From positions 1 to 64,000 of the forward strand of contig NIVC01001222.1 of NCBI GenBank assembly GCA_002269645.1: 64,000 bases of DNA, written 5' to 3'. This DNA is from Macrostomum lignano. Lineage: Eukaryota. The notes under the pieces are model-generated. The model was given only the letters and a program-made list of their open reading frames with translations, had not been told where the DNA came from and did no database searches. A program made the translations under genes and the position numbers. Positions 39,653-51,929 of the stretch are shown piece after piece. Every line of letters begins with the position of its first letter. Position 1 is the first letter of the stretch.

Positions 39653-40439
39653 CTGGCTCGTATATAGGAAAGGTAGCCATTGCATAACCTTTACAGAATA
39701 AAGAAAATACGAGCATAGCGTATTAGCATTAATATTAATTGAATTAAAAATTGTATATGTTTAATTGTTCATCTAGAGAGACAAAATGCCAGTAAGACCA
39801 GGGTAGTAGCTCACTGCTGCAGAGAAAAGCGATCTTTTGGTGAATTGGAAAACCAGTTTAGGAGGCCCAAGCCTTAACGGAAATCATGTCTTTGTGGAGT
39901 ATAAACGTTTCTGTTTATGCATGAATATACATCTTTTTGGAATAAATTCAGAGGTCCTGTAGGCACCCTGCGTGGTGCAAAGCCTTCGGGGAAATCGTTC
40001 TGAGCACATACAAGCGCTTCAATACTGCACACCGTCACACAGGTTGTACAGCCGCTGCTTGACTTTCTAGCCAATTTCCGTTCACGAGAACCAAGTCAAT
40101 GTGGCCACTCTGAGTCAGCTCTGCCCCGCGCTGTAGAATCAACATCATTGCCTGCTGTACACTGCAAGTAAATTTTGAATAGTGCCGCCATCAGCAACTG
40201 GGACGATCTACGTAAATTGGGCATGCAGCTCGATCATTCGCAAAATCTGTTGAACTCCATCTTAATAGGGACTATTCAAACAGTTTGAGTACTTATAGAC
40301 ACTTAGCATTGATTTACTAATGTGTTTTTAACTGTAATTCGGTGAGAAATAAAACTTGCTTGCAAAAGAAGCTTGAGGAAATAAGATACCAGGGTAGTGA
40401 TTTTAAACGTAGCAAGACGTTTACAATTTTGAGCTAATA

Positions 40440-41100
40440 GCTAGCTGTTTTCATTTTATAGCTGTGTATTTTTGCCTCATTACAGAGAAGTACATGCATC
40501 TCAATTAAATAATTGAAAAACCAAGAGGAAACGGTCATTTGTTGAGTTTAACAAATCGAGATCAAATTCAAATGCAATCTTGAAATCGGCAATAAAATTT
40601 AAACAAATTATATTATGCTAGCATTCACTTGTATGATTACCTGATTAAACAGGGTGTAGAGATATCACGGATTTATGGTAGAGACAGTCTGTTTTGGCTA
40701 AAAATGAGACTGCCATTCGGAGATGTAATCGGAAATAGCTGTGTCGAAGATAGGCTCGTAGCACACGTACGAAGCTTAGGTTTACATCCAGAGCATTCAG
40801 GTAACTTGCATTCACTCCATGCAGTTCTATTGAGACTTTTTTAAAGGTTAACCTGCCAAAAGCATTTTTACAAATTTTTCATTTGAAAAAATTGGCGTTA
40901 GAATAAAAATTAATGCCCTTTCTGGGGGGTGACTAATACATGAAGTCACAAAGTTACGAACTCCAACTTGTCCAGTAGTTGAGCCGAATTGCTCAGTCAG
41001 GACTCAGGTGAGATGATAGACCAAAAAGAAATAACGCAGCACGTCGAACTCCGGGCCAAGTACCCAGCCTGCACACCCAGGCCACAAACCAGCACAGGTG
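40440..41100 (-). pseudogene. Duplicated 3' end of the PLA2 gene (C-terminal codons plus 3' flank)
   Basis: Colinear with ~54390-55050. Encodes WVLGPEFDVLRYFFLVYHLT* versus WVLGPEFDMLRYSFLVYHLT* in PLA2. Confidence 0.8.
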
Positions 41101-42013
41101 GGTTCCTTCTCTATCCTTTCATCTCTCATTCCACTCTCACCTGGCCCGCAGCCATGGGCTAGATTATTTATCTGGTCCTTGAGTTAAATAAGTCAGCCAA
41201 CTCTTGCAGTAGGTTCTGCTTGAATTGCAACCTGCAGAGAGACGCATTGCATCTGCACTGCCGTTGAACCCCTGCAGTCCAGAGGAGCTGTTCACAGAAT
41301 GCATCGCTGATTCCTGAGGCTGTGGAAGTGGTGCTTGAGTGACAGGTGATTACATTGTTTAAGAGTCTTTGGAGCGAAGAAGAAGCGCGGAGGCCAAGCA
41401 AGTTTATTGATTATCTGAGCTGTTGTTGTCTTGCCTTGTCAGGGAGTAGTCAACAGCAGGTTCGCATAAGTTGCTTCACACAGACAAGCAACTCTGAGCC
41501 TGCAAGCAGAATGAATTGCATGGCTAGTAGAGGAAGGAATGGGTAACCATACTGCTGACTCAAAAACATGTGAGCGTGCTTATCGTATGTCATTGAATCC
41601 ATGATTGTTTTATCTCAAAACCACCAAAATAGATTTAATTTGTCTATTCAGGTGACATAAGACACAGATAGCACTTTGTTTATGGTTTCCTGCGCTGGGA
41701 AACCTCAAGTCCTGCTGTCCAAGAGACCAGATCATGGACGGAAGGGATGCCCTGAGGCCAAGTAAGGCTTTGAATCCCCAGCCCATCAGTTGCAGCAGAA
41801 CATTCTTTCCAAGGAAAGCCGGCCCAAAGAAAAGTGTCCAGTAAAAAGTTAAAAGACAAACAAGGGTTCAAAAGAGGCGCGGCTCTTTGCCATCTGCCAT
41901 CTTTGCCATCTGCAGGTGGCAGCTGCAGAAAACTGCGAGGCTCCCCTTTGGAAGCCATGCAGCTTTGGGAATCCAGAAAAGAAACTGGTGAAGCTAAAGC
42001 AGCTTCACATTCA

Positions 42014-43925
42014 GGCATTCTTTCGGATGACGATCACCTGAAAAGTGACGATCACCAATGTAAAAGTTCTGGGTAATTGAAATTGAAAGTAAGAAAGCGA
42101 GTCAAACAAATAGTCCAGAAATTAAAAAACCCAACATTGGGGCTATCAGTCGTGAATCGTGTATTTCGTAGTAACCGCCACGTGTATTAAATCAATTTCG
42201 GATGGAATGATCGTCTTCCGAAACTACAGCTTGGCAATTCTAGAAAAAAATTAGTGTCTCAAAGTTTAACATCTAGTGAACGTAAGTCAGTTTCGGAAGA
42301 CGATCATTTTAATATGAAGGTAGCCCTGAAATGATCGCGTTCCGAAAGTACAGAGTTTTTATTGTCTTAGGAGCAGTAATCATTTCATTCAACAGACAGA
42401 CGTTCAAAGTTGAGGCCAAAGAGGCGCTCATCCAAAACCCGTGGAGCACCATCCAAGGGGTAGACGTGCTTTAAGTCCTGGAAGAACTCATGGACGAACT
42501 GTTTCATTTCTTTGTTATGGTGGGAGCGGTACATTAGCTCGACTAGGTATGAAGCGAAGTGTAGTGCGCTAGTTCCACGCATGTTCTTAAATTTGGCTTT
42601 TGCAGTACCCCAAAAGCCCTCAATGCGATTCGTGTGTACGTCTTTCTTCTCGCCATTTCGTTCAATAGTCGTCTTAAAGTGCTCTTTGTGGCAGACAACC
42701 CAGTGACTGTAACCCATGTGTTCCAAGTCAAGGTAAGCAGACCAGCCGTCGCTGAATACAGTCGTTCCGGGGAGAATGAACTTCTCAATTAAAGGTAGAA
42801 GAGTTTCTTTTGACCTGTTTTCAACAGGCCAAATGACAGTACGGCCATCGTGTCTGTCTGTCATGCCGAAAATCCAAATTTGTTGGCCCAGTTTCGCACC
42901 TCGGTTATATTTCATCTTTCGGCCAAAGAGGGACTCATCTATTTCAACGATGTGTCCGACACCGCCAAGAGAGATCGTATCTCGACGTGTCTTGAACCAT
43001 TCACACATTACGTCTCGAATGAAGTGGCCCCATTGCACGGCTGCCTCCGCTTCAATGCCGTACATGGCGCGCAGTGAACTGTGGGTTATAATATGGATGC
43101 ACCCCCCCCCCTCAGTTTCGGAAGGCGATCATTCTTAATGTAATTTGTACATTGTAATGATCGTCCACCGAAAGTACATGGCTTACCTTTGCGGAGTGTT
43201 CAGAAGATAACCAATGCAGTACCCAATGATGTCCATTGGATTCAGTTTAAAATTCTCGAAAAAAGTTCCCCTTCTAATGGAGACTCTTTTTTCATGTGCT
43301 CCAAATGGCGAACCAGCTCCCTTCTTGCACCGGAACACGACGCCGTCTGTCGAATTATGGGCCTTGACAATGTTCATTGACGATGCACAAATAGGGCAGG
43401 GCATGGTTTCCGGAAGCAGTCCTTCTCTTTGAAGAAGGCCAATCCAGTTTTCAGCTGTAATAAAGCGCCATGACATGGGACACACCAGTTCCTCGATATG
43501 CTCCAGTGGCTTCAAATCAACAAATGAGCCGGCACGTTCAATTTTCCGTTCTTTGGCAGGTTTTGAGCATGCCATAGTGAGTGCTACTGAAATATGAGAA
43601 AGAAAAGCTGTAGTTTCGGATCACGATCATTTGTATTCAAAAGTATCATTGAAATGATCGCATTCCGAAACTGATTATATACACGTCCATGACAGAAATA
43701 ATGCTATTGATGTTGCTGGTTTTAAATTGGAAAGTTTCTCTGTTTTTCTGTGGTTTCGGATCGCGATCCTTTCTATTCAAAACTTATATTGAAATGATCG
43801 CCTTCCGAAACTAATTATATAGTTGCCGTTTTACCATGATTTCTACAGCACAGTATACCATTTTCATAGGTGATCGTCAACCGAAACTTGTAAGAAACGG
43901 AATGATCGTTATCCGAAAGAATGCC
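42014..43925 (-). mobile_element. Full-length Merlin (IS1016/IS1595-related) DNA transposon, 1912 bp
   Basis: 23-bp TIRs GGCATTCTTTCGGAT(G/A)ACGATCA (22/23 match) and a perfect 8-bp TSD CACATTCA (42006-42013 and 43926-43933). The empty site is visible upstream of copy E (~50495). Confidence 0.95.
42385..43575 (-). CDS. Merlin/ISXO2-like DDE transposase, two exons (43575-43187, 43078-42385), 360 aa
   Basis: Zn-ribbon CPIC..RC, SIRRGTFFE, VEIDES (D), VFSDGW (D), HTNRIEGFW (E). A 108-bp GT-AG phase-2 intron joins the two ORFs in frame. Confidence 0.88.
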
Positions 43926-45242
43926 CACATTCACTCATTGCAAGCTGTGTGAATGATAGACAAATTACTCCAGACTACACCAACTAGCTAGGCCTGCTGA
44001 GTCGCATCAAACCTCCACTGCTAGCTTTTCACGCGTCTCTTCAGCGTCCATGCTCTGTCGACAGTGAGGTGAGCTATTAAAACAAAGGACTAGCTACAAG
44101 ACAATGGGACTGCTAAGAGATGCAGGGAGCAGCCAACGTGGGATTGGGGTGGGTGACACAAGGAGTTAAGAGTTGATATTACGAGCGTATTTGGCAAGAA
44201 AATAGTCTCAGCTACTGTTGTTGCGCTAAAACACGTTGCTAAGAGACGCAATGCTCAGATCCTAGGGCAGCACCAATGCCTGAGAATCTGGCAGGCTGTT
44301 TGAGCGGCATTTGAGGCAGTGCATAAATAGGAGTGAGCTGCTCCTCCGGGTAGAACACTGCCTCACCGAGACATTCAAGAATCCAGAGCTCACTGATAGA
44401 TTGAATCTCCTGACATGATTCGCGAAATTCTTCTCGTCTGCGCCTTGGTCTGCGCTACTGCAGCGAGTGACCTTGACGGCACAGGTAACAGGCTTACGGT
44501 GACTCATTTATTTTCCAATTGTAAAAATTCAACGCAAAGGTGAACTAAAAATTCCTTGCAGAGTATTCGACTGATCCTGTGGAGTCGCTGAACTCCACAG
44601 CTCCGATAACATCAGCTGGTGGAAGCAGCGACATTCACTGCACTGTGCAGTGCTCGGCCGCTTGAGCCGCCGTCTGCACTGCCACCGCCTACGTGGAAGA
44701 GACTCGGCTGTGCCTGTTCTCAGGCGTGAGCAATGCGGACTTCTCAGCTGCCGCTCCGCGCAGCATCGTTTATCGAAGAGTAAAAGGTGCGCAAGTGCGG
44801 GCTTCATTCACTTTTTATGGGCAGTTTTTTTCATACTGTCGGCTCTTTTTTGCAACTGATACTTGAACCACGACGTGTGTCCGGAAAATAGTGTTACTTT
44901 TACACGTGTTGCGGACGTTTAGTAAGTTGCATTGACACAACATTGGTGTCGCTTAAAAGTGGCGATTCATTTTTTTAAATGACTTGAACTGCGATTTTTT
45001 TATATATGAAGATATACGTGAATTTACAGTACAAGTAGATCGGTCATTGACTTACAGAACCTGTATACGCACGAGCTGTCTGGAAAAAATTATCGATTGC
45101 CACTGAGCAGAATGCTGATTTCAACAGTTATTTGAGTTTTTGTAAGCCTACGAGCAATCTCCCTCGCTCAAGTCCTGTTACCCCGCGTACGCTTTCCAAC
45201 AATTTGCCAAACTTCCGCAACACATTAAAGTGTAACAAAGTC

Positions 45243-45464
45243 TGTGTGGCTTGCAGAGAGGAAAAGCTTAGAGCCGGCCAAGCCTAGCTCTCTCAATAAA
45301 TACCAGTTTATTTTCCAGCCTGACTAGGCTGACCAATCAGCCGCTACCTCTGGCGTGTTCGCGCTCCAGAGAACGCACATGCGCGAGTACAATCCGAGAG
45401 AGAGAGAGAGAGACAGCCCCCCATCCCCCACTCTGCACAGAAAGCTAAACGCAGTCACCACACA
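45243..45464 (-). mobile_element. Short solo-LTR-like insertion (222 bp) in intron 2 of copy D
   Basis: TGTGTGG...CCACACA termini; flanks AAGTC/AAGTA (5-bp TSD with one mismatch); absent from copy E; minus-strand AATAAA at 45306-45311. Confidence 0.62.
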
Positions 45465-46009
45465 AAGTATAACACAATTTTCCGTACAACCCTCATAATT
45501 AGCTGATTGATTAATGCAGAATTATAGTAAATCTTAATGGATACTTTTTCACGATTTTCAAGATAAATTGACAACAACAGCAACAACAACAGCAACAACA
45601 ACTGCTCCTACAACTTCTGAAACTGCAACTACTACAACTACTCCTACTCCCGGATACCATGTGATGATGAGTCGTACAGGACTCACACTGAGCTTTGCTC
45701 GAACTTGGACTGAGTACGAAAACGGCTTCGGCGATGGAGTGGACATGTGGCTCGGTGAGACCTACGAGAGTATTGGTTCAACAGAAACAGTTTTAACCTA
45801 CGAGTAGCTTATTTTAGTATTAAAATATTATAACATTAATTTTCCTAAAGTCCTGGTGACGAAGCGCCGAAAGATGTACTTACCATCGACCCCTTAGCAG
45901 CGCTGTGACTTTTGATGTATGTTATGATGACTCATATGCCGACTTATAGGTGAGTAAAATTTTAAGTAGCATGAATTCTTCAAATGATGATTCATATTTT
46001 TATTAAACC

Positions 46010-46258
46010 TGCCCCAATGGGCAGATGTGCAACCGACAGCTCAGCTCTTGCGCGGCGCATCTGAAGGCTGCGTACGGCTGTTCAGTCCAAGGATGCATGG
46101 GGTCGCCACATACACCTTCAATCACCTTTGAATTGTGAACTGAAGCAATGCAGGGTTAAGTGTCTTGCTCAAGGACACAAATTGTTCCTACTAGTAGGTC
46201 GAGAATCGAACCCCCGACCTTTCAGTCGTAATTGCGACGCAGCAACCACTAGGCTACA
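46010..46258 (-). mobile_element. CORE-like SINE in intron 3 of copy D (same position as in copy C)
   Basis: Same A box, B box and core sequence as 37515-37760. Confidence 0.8.
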
Positions 46259-47729
46259 ACCCCTAGTAGCTAGGCTAGTTTACATGGAACAGTCGCTATA
46301 GGACTTTTTGAGTTTCAGATCTTCTATCAAAATCACTTGATTCAGGTTTAAAAAAAATACACGAGCTGACTGGGAGCACGCCAAAAAAGCTGAGAGTTGA
46401 GACTGTGTCCACCACTGGCATTCCATACGTCGATGAGTATTCCGGATTCTCCGTGGGCAACGCCAGCACCAACTACGTCATGACCTTTGATGCTCGATTG
46501 ACGGCCAGCTCAAACACAACTGGCGACTCGCTCACCTATCACAAAGGCATGCAGTTCTCCACCATGGACAGGGATAACGATCTAAGTAGCTCGTCTTGTT
46601 CTAATGGCTATGCGAATGCCGGCTGGTGGTTTAAAAGCTGTCAGCGTACTCTTCCAACGGGAGGAACCTTCTCGTCTTACAATCCCTATATTCGTTGGCA
46701 ATACGCTGGTAATTTTCTAGTGGCTATTCGATTGCTGCTGATTTAAATCCATTTTAGCTTGAATTTGTTACTCTGAAGACCGGGAGTGCTTTGAATGCAC
46801 ATACGCTGTTGGTTCTGTAATATTTTGGTTCAATTAAAATTTCTTTCGCGAATACCATTGAGATGGCGGCGTAAGTTTTTCGCAACCTCACCTATAGCTT
46901 ATTTTGGTGGTGCACTAACATAATCTATAAAACTAAATCTGTGGATTTCAGTCAGTCCAATCCTAACCTAAATTTACTTTAATCCTACAGGAGACACTTT
47001 CTCCACTTACGATCCTTTATTAAACATTAAAATGTCAAATGAAAATCGATAGTTAGCATTTATCGATCTAGCATTCGTCTGTATATAAGTTTTAAACCGG
47101 ACGCCAAGTTAGTCGACTGTCACAAAGATTTCAACACCAACAAGAACTGAGTCTGAAAAAATAATTTTTACAAACTATTAAGCAATAATTTTAACAACTT
47201 TTTTGTTTCTTTTCAATTTGCTAAAATAGCCGCTTAAAGATCTATTTTGATATAATAAAAATCTATTTTTATTATATCCTTCTTTTAATTTTTTCTGAAA
47301 TCTCTAGAAAGCGATTTTCTAAAGAGCAGGATCTTCTGGCTTATCCAAATATACTAAATCTCTAATATCCTATACTAAATCCTACATATACGTTATCAAA
47401 AAACTCCACAATCTAAAATATCAATAGATCGCAATTTCTTTAACGAGCATCTGCTTTATGAAAGCTGAATCCAATCCTAACGTTGCTTTTTAAGATTTTT
47501 ATTTTGTCATAGTATAGCGATTGTCGTTTAGAGAAAAATACCGAAAATCACTGCTGCATAGAATATGCAACGACCTTTTGTTAAAGTGGGCAACCAGTTA
47601 AAGAGATCCAAGCCTTAACTGAAACTATAGGCTTTGTGAAATATACATGTAGTAAAAAAAGTAGTAAAAAAATATAATAAAAATAATAATAATTTCAGAT
47701 AGGCCCTCATGCAGCGCCTTGGGCGACTT

Positions 47730-49755
47730 ATTGATGGGTTTCGGCCCTTTCGGCCCCTTTCGGGAAGCCTTTGGGCTTCAGGTCTCAGAAATAAATCAAT
47801 AAGAGTCCTGGCCCCCCACTCCTGTCAGATGGTCAGCCCCATGGTAGCTTGATCTTGTGGCGAGCAGTCTAGGTCCTATAGCTAAGAGAGGGACAGCGAG
47901 AGACAAGCAGGGAGAATTTCGAAGGTAGAGATCAGCTAATCCGCAGATTAACTAACCCGCTGCCACCAGCCCGTGCGTCCTGGCTCACCAAAACCGTCCT
48001 GGCTCGCCACCTGCGCCTCACTCAGTGTTGAGGCTGGCGCCAGATGGTCTGAGAGGATGCGGGCGGTAGCTTTTTTCTCATCATTTTTGACAGGCCATCA
48101 GATGCGTTGCGTTTTACCACTAAAAGTACTTTGGGATTAGCGATTAGCAATTTCTCTTCACCATCTTCACTTTTTACTTAATAAGATCTCTCTAATGTAT
48201 ATTTTTTCATTAATTTTTGTCATTTCTACGCGAAAGGTCATAAATCATTATGTAGCGATTTTGAGTGATTTATGACCGCACCTGTCGTATTTTTATGCCC
48301 CCGAGGGAACTGATAGGATCTTCAGGTCACGTGAGTTTGGGTGGCAACAAGCTCAGCCAATCAGAAAATTTGACGTCAGTTATAACAAATCGGCTCAGCC
48401 AATCAGCGTCGGGGTGTTCCATTTTAGCAAATTGCGGTCCAGTTGGCGGCTATATAAACCAGTGTTTTTGGCCCGCTCGGACTTAACGTCCTGGAGCTTG
48501 GCCTAACTTTGGACCTGCTCGGACCCAGCACACAACTTCTGGCTCCCGGGACTCGACCGTCGTCTCTTGATCCCCGGATCGCGACAGCCCGGCCATCATC
48601 ATCAAGGACGAATCCCCCCGGTCGACGGCACCGATCATCGAGGTTAAGATCATCACCTGCTAGCTATCTGCGAAGACTGCGACATCATCGTCCCAGACCT
48701 ACAGCTGCGAAGCACTAAGCCGATTCGGTCACTGTGGATTACCTGGTCTCCGGCTGTTGAGTTTCTGATTGGTTGGGTGAGAGGCTACCTAGTATTGCTT
48801 GATTGGGCGATTCCTTATCTGTCCCCTGTTTCAGTAGCTGGATTAGGCGCACACTTTTGCTCATTTTGTTCAGCAGTGCTGTTATTGGGGCAGAAGTCAC
48901 TTAATAATACTGTTAGTAGTCTGAATACTCCAATTCAATCTGAAGTGTGAAGTGATTCAGGGAGAAGGTTAAATCTGACAGTTATTTTTATCGGTTTTAT
49001 TTCTTTTTTCGCCGATGGCTCAGATGAGTAGCAAAGCTAGCAGGCGCCGGTAACAGTGGACCAATGGCAAGGCAGTTCTCAGTCGATCAATCTATCAAAT
49101 CAGTTAGCAAAATTGTCAATAGTGCCGAATCGGCGCTAGAGATGTACTCTGTGCACTCTAGATTCGCCAAGCGGCTCGGGTAAAGAATCATGCGGTCTCT
49201 GAAGTTTGAGTTAGTCGATCATCAGCGCTATGAGAGGCTAGTTGGCGCGTTGAAGGCCAAAAGTACATATCTTCGTATTTAGCAATGTAATAGTACATGT
49301 AGCTACCCCATAGTCTCGCCACTGCAAGAATCCCCTGCAAAAATCCCCTCTGCACCTGCATGGTCAATGTGATCAAGTCCCAGCAGAGTCTCTTATCATC
49401 GGCTATGACTTCGAGATTGACAGCAAAAAGACACTAGTTGGCAGGTAAGTGCTAAGCCTCCTCTAGTCGGAAGCCCGATTTTGAAAGTTCCGGTTTGGTG
49501 AGCCAGGACGCACGGGCAGGTGGCAGCGAGTTAGCTTAGTCTGCGGATTAGCTAATCTCTACCTTCATTCAAAATTCTCCCTGCTTGTCTCTCGCTGTCC
49601 CTCTCTTAGCTATAGGACCTAGACTGCTCGCCACAAGATCAAGCTACCATGGGGCTGACCATCTGACAGGAGTGGGGGGCTCAAATTGATTTATTTCTGA
49701 GACCTGAGGCTCGGAGCCTTCCCCAAAGGAGCCGAAAAGGCCGAAACCGATCAAA
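47730..49755. mobile_element. Unclassified ~2.0-kb non-coding element with ~260-bp imperfect terminal inverted repeats
   Basis: 47730-47997 is the reverse complement of ~49495-49755. No long ORF. Internal promoter-like cassette at 48328-48458. Confidence 0.8.
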
Positions 49756-50030
49756 TATTTCAAATTACTTTTATAGTCCTGTGAATAAGCGACATCGCAT
49801 ACTTGCCAAGCTGTACTTCCCAAGTTGCAGTGCATGTGCCGCAGACCATACTTTGAAAGTCATATAGAAAGTAGCGAGAAACATATAAAACTTTCCAAGT
49901 TACCAGCAAAGCCAACATTGAGTAGCTACGCGTCGTACTTTAAAAGCCAATCCAATACAAAGTACCAGTGCTGACCTTGAAAGTTTTCAACGCTTTTTTG
50001 CAATTCTAATTCTTTTTTTAGAATTCTAAT

Positions 50031-50326
50031 GAGCCCGGCGCAGAGGCAGCTCCTGGGGAGGAGCTGCGGGCAGGCCCGGGACCGACCCCTAACCCCGACT
50101 TGGCGTGGCAACCGAGAGGGTGGATGCGTGAGCCGGCCCGCACAGAAGGACAGTGAACTGAGCTCCCCCAGATGCTCTAACGCAACCAGAGTAATCCGCT
50201 AAGTCTAACCGTCCAGCCCCCGCCTCCGTAGTTACGGGCTTGTCTAGTGCTGTTTTAATTGCATGCGCTGTGTTGTGTAAACCCCGCCGTCGTTAGGAAA
50301 GCGTCGTCCGCCAGTCGCAGCAGCAG
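50031..50326 (+). mobile_element. GC-rich ~300-bp insertion, probably a retroposon 3' fragment
   Basis: Abrupt GC island ending in (GCA)n, flanked by ATTCTAAT (50023-50030) and ATCCTAAT (50327-50334). Confidence 0.4.
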
Positions 50327-50939
50327 ATCCTAATTCCAAAAGAAAGCAGAGGTTCATTGTTCCAGAGAGGCGGGAGGGTGGGCAAAATGAATTTGCATGC
50401 TGGCTTCATCCCCAGATGGCAGCTTGGCTCCCCTTTGGAAGCCATGCACCTTTGGGAATCCGGCAAAAGAAACTGGTGAAGCTAAAATAGCTTCACATTC
50501 ACTCATTGCAAGCTGTGTGAATGATAGACAAATTACTCTCGACTACACCGACTAGCTAAACCTGCTGCATCGCTTCAAAACTTCAAAGCTGCACTGTAGC
50601 TTTCGACGCAACTCTTCAGTTTCCATGCTCTGTCGACTGTGGGTGAGCCATTAAAACAAAGGACTAGCTACTAGACAATGGGACTGCTAAGAGATGCAGA
50701 GATGCAGGGGAGCAGCCAACATGGGATTGGGGTGGGTGACACTAGGCGTTACAGTAGGAGTCTTTGCTAAGACGTTGCTAATTAAGCGACGCAATGCTAA
50801 GATCCTGAGGCAGCTCCAACGCCTGAGCGGCATTTTGAGGCAGGGCATAAATAGGGGTGAGCTGCCCCTCCGGGTAGAACGCTGCCTCACCGAGACATTC
50901 AAGAATCCAGAGCCTCACTGATAGACTGAATCTCCTGAC

Positions 50940-51896
50940 ATGATTCGCGAAATTCTTCTCGCCTGCGCCTTGGTCTGCGCTGCTGCAGCGAGTGACCTTG
51001 ACGGCACAGGTAACAGCTACGGTGACTAATTAATTTACCAATTATATAAATTCAACGCAAAGGTGAACTAAAAATCCCTTGCAGAGTATTCGACTGACCC
51101 TGTGGAGTCGCTGAACTCCGCTGCTCCGATAACATCAGCTGGTGGCAGCAGCGACATTCACTGCACTGTGCAGTGCTCGGCCGCTGGAGCCGCCGTCTGC
51201 GCTGCCACCGCCTACGTGAAAGAGACTCGGCTGTGCCTGTTCTCAGGCGTGAGCAATGCAGACTTCTCTGCTGCCGCTCCGAGCAGCATTGTTTATCGAA
51301 GGGTAAAAGGTGCGCAAGTGCGGGTTTCATTCACTTTTTATGGGCAGTTTTTTCATACTGTAGGGCCTTTTTTGGTAACTGAGACTTGAACCACGACGTG
51401 TGTCCGGAAAAAAGTGTTCCTTTTTTGTGCCTCTGACGTTTGGTAAGTTGCACTTTGGTGTCGTTTAAAAGCGGCAATTTACGAGCTATTTGTTTAAAAT
51501 GAATCGAATTGCTATTAATATATTTTTATATATTAAGAGACACTTGTTTTTAAGTACAGGGAGATTGGTCATTGAAGGTGAGGTGAGAACCTGTATACGC
51601 ACGAGCTGTGAGGAAAAAATTATCGATTGCCACTGAGCAGAATGCAAATTTCAACGGATATTTGAGTTTCTGTAAGTCTACGAGCACTCTCCCTCGCTTA
51701 AGTCATGTTACCTCGCGTACGCATTCCAACAACTTACCAAACTTCCGCAACACAAGTATAACACAATTTTCCGTACAACCCTCATAATTGGCTGATTGAT
51801 TAATGCAGAATTATAGTAAATCTAAATGACTACTATTCCACGATTTTCAAGATGAATTGACAACATTAACAGCAGCAGCAGCAGCAGCAGCAACAA

Positions 51897-51929
<33 letters not shown>

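Larger units (their letters stand above)
44415..46746 (+). pseudogene. Copy D: PAN + Thr linker + FReD, with premature TGA at codon 58
   Basis: Exons 44415-44484, 44562-44786, 45563-45754 and 46346-46746. GGA>TGA at 44663-44665 (GGA in all four other copies); otherwise open with intact splice sites. Confidence 0.88.

Noticed and set aside
39990-40260. GC-richer patch that might be a decayed exon
   Set aside because: Stops occur in the candidate frames and there is no recognisable motif or paralog in the window.
44663-44665. TGA as selenocysteine
   Set aside because: It aligns to Gly (GGA), not Cys, in all paralogs; no SECIS was recognised.
47737-47790. Possible hammerhead ribozyme (Penelope-like) at the TIR tips (GGCCGAAAC)
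   Set aside because: The required CUGANGA core is not correctly placed; only CTGAAGC and CTGAGAC occur.
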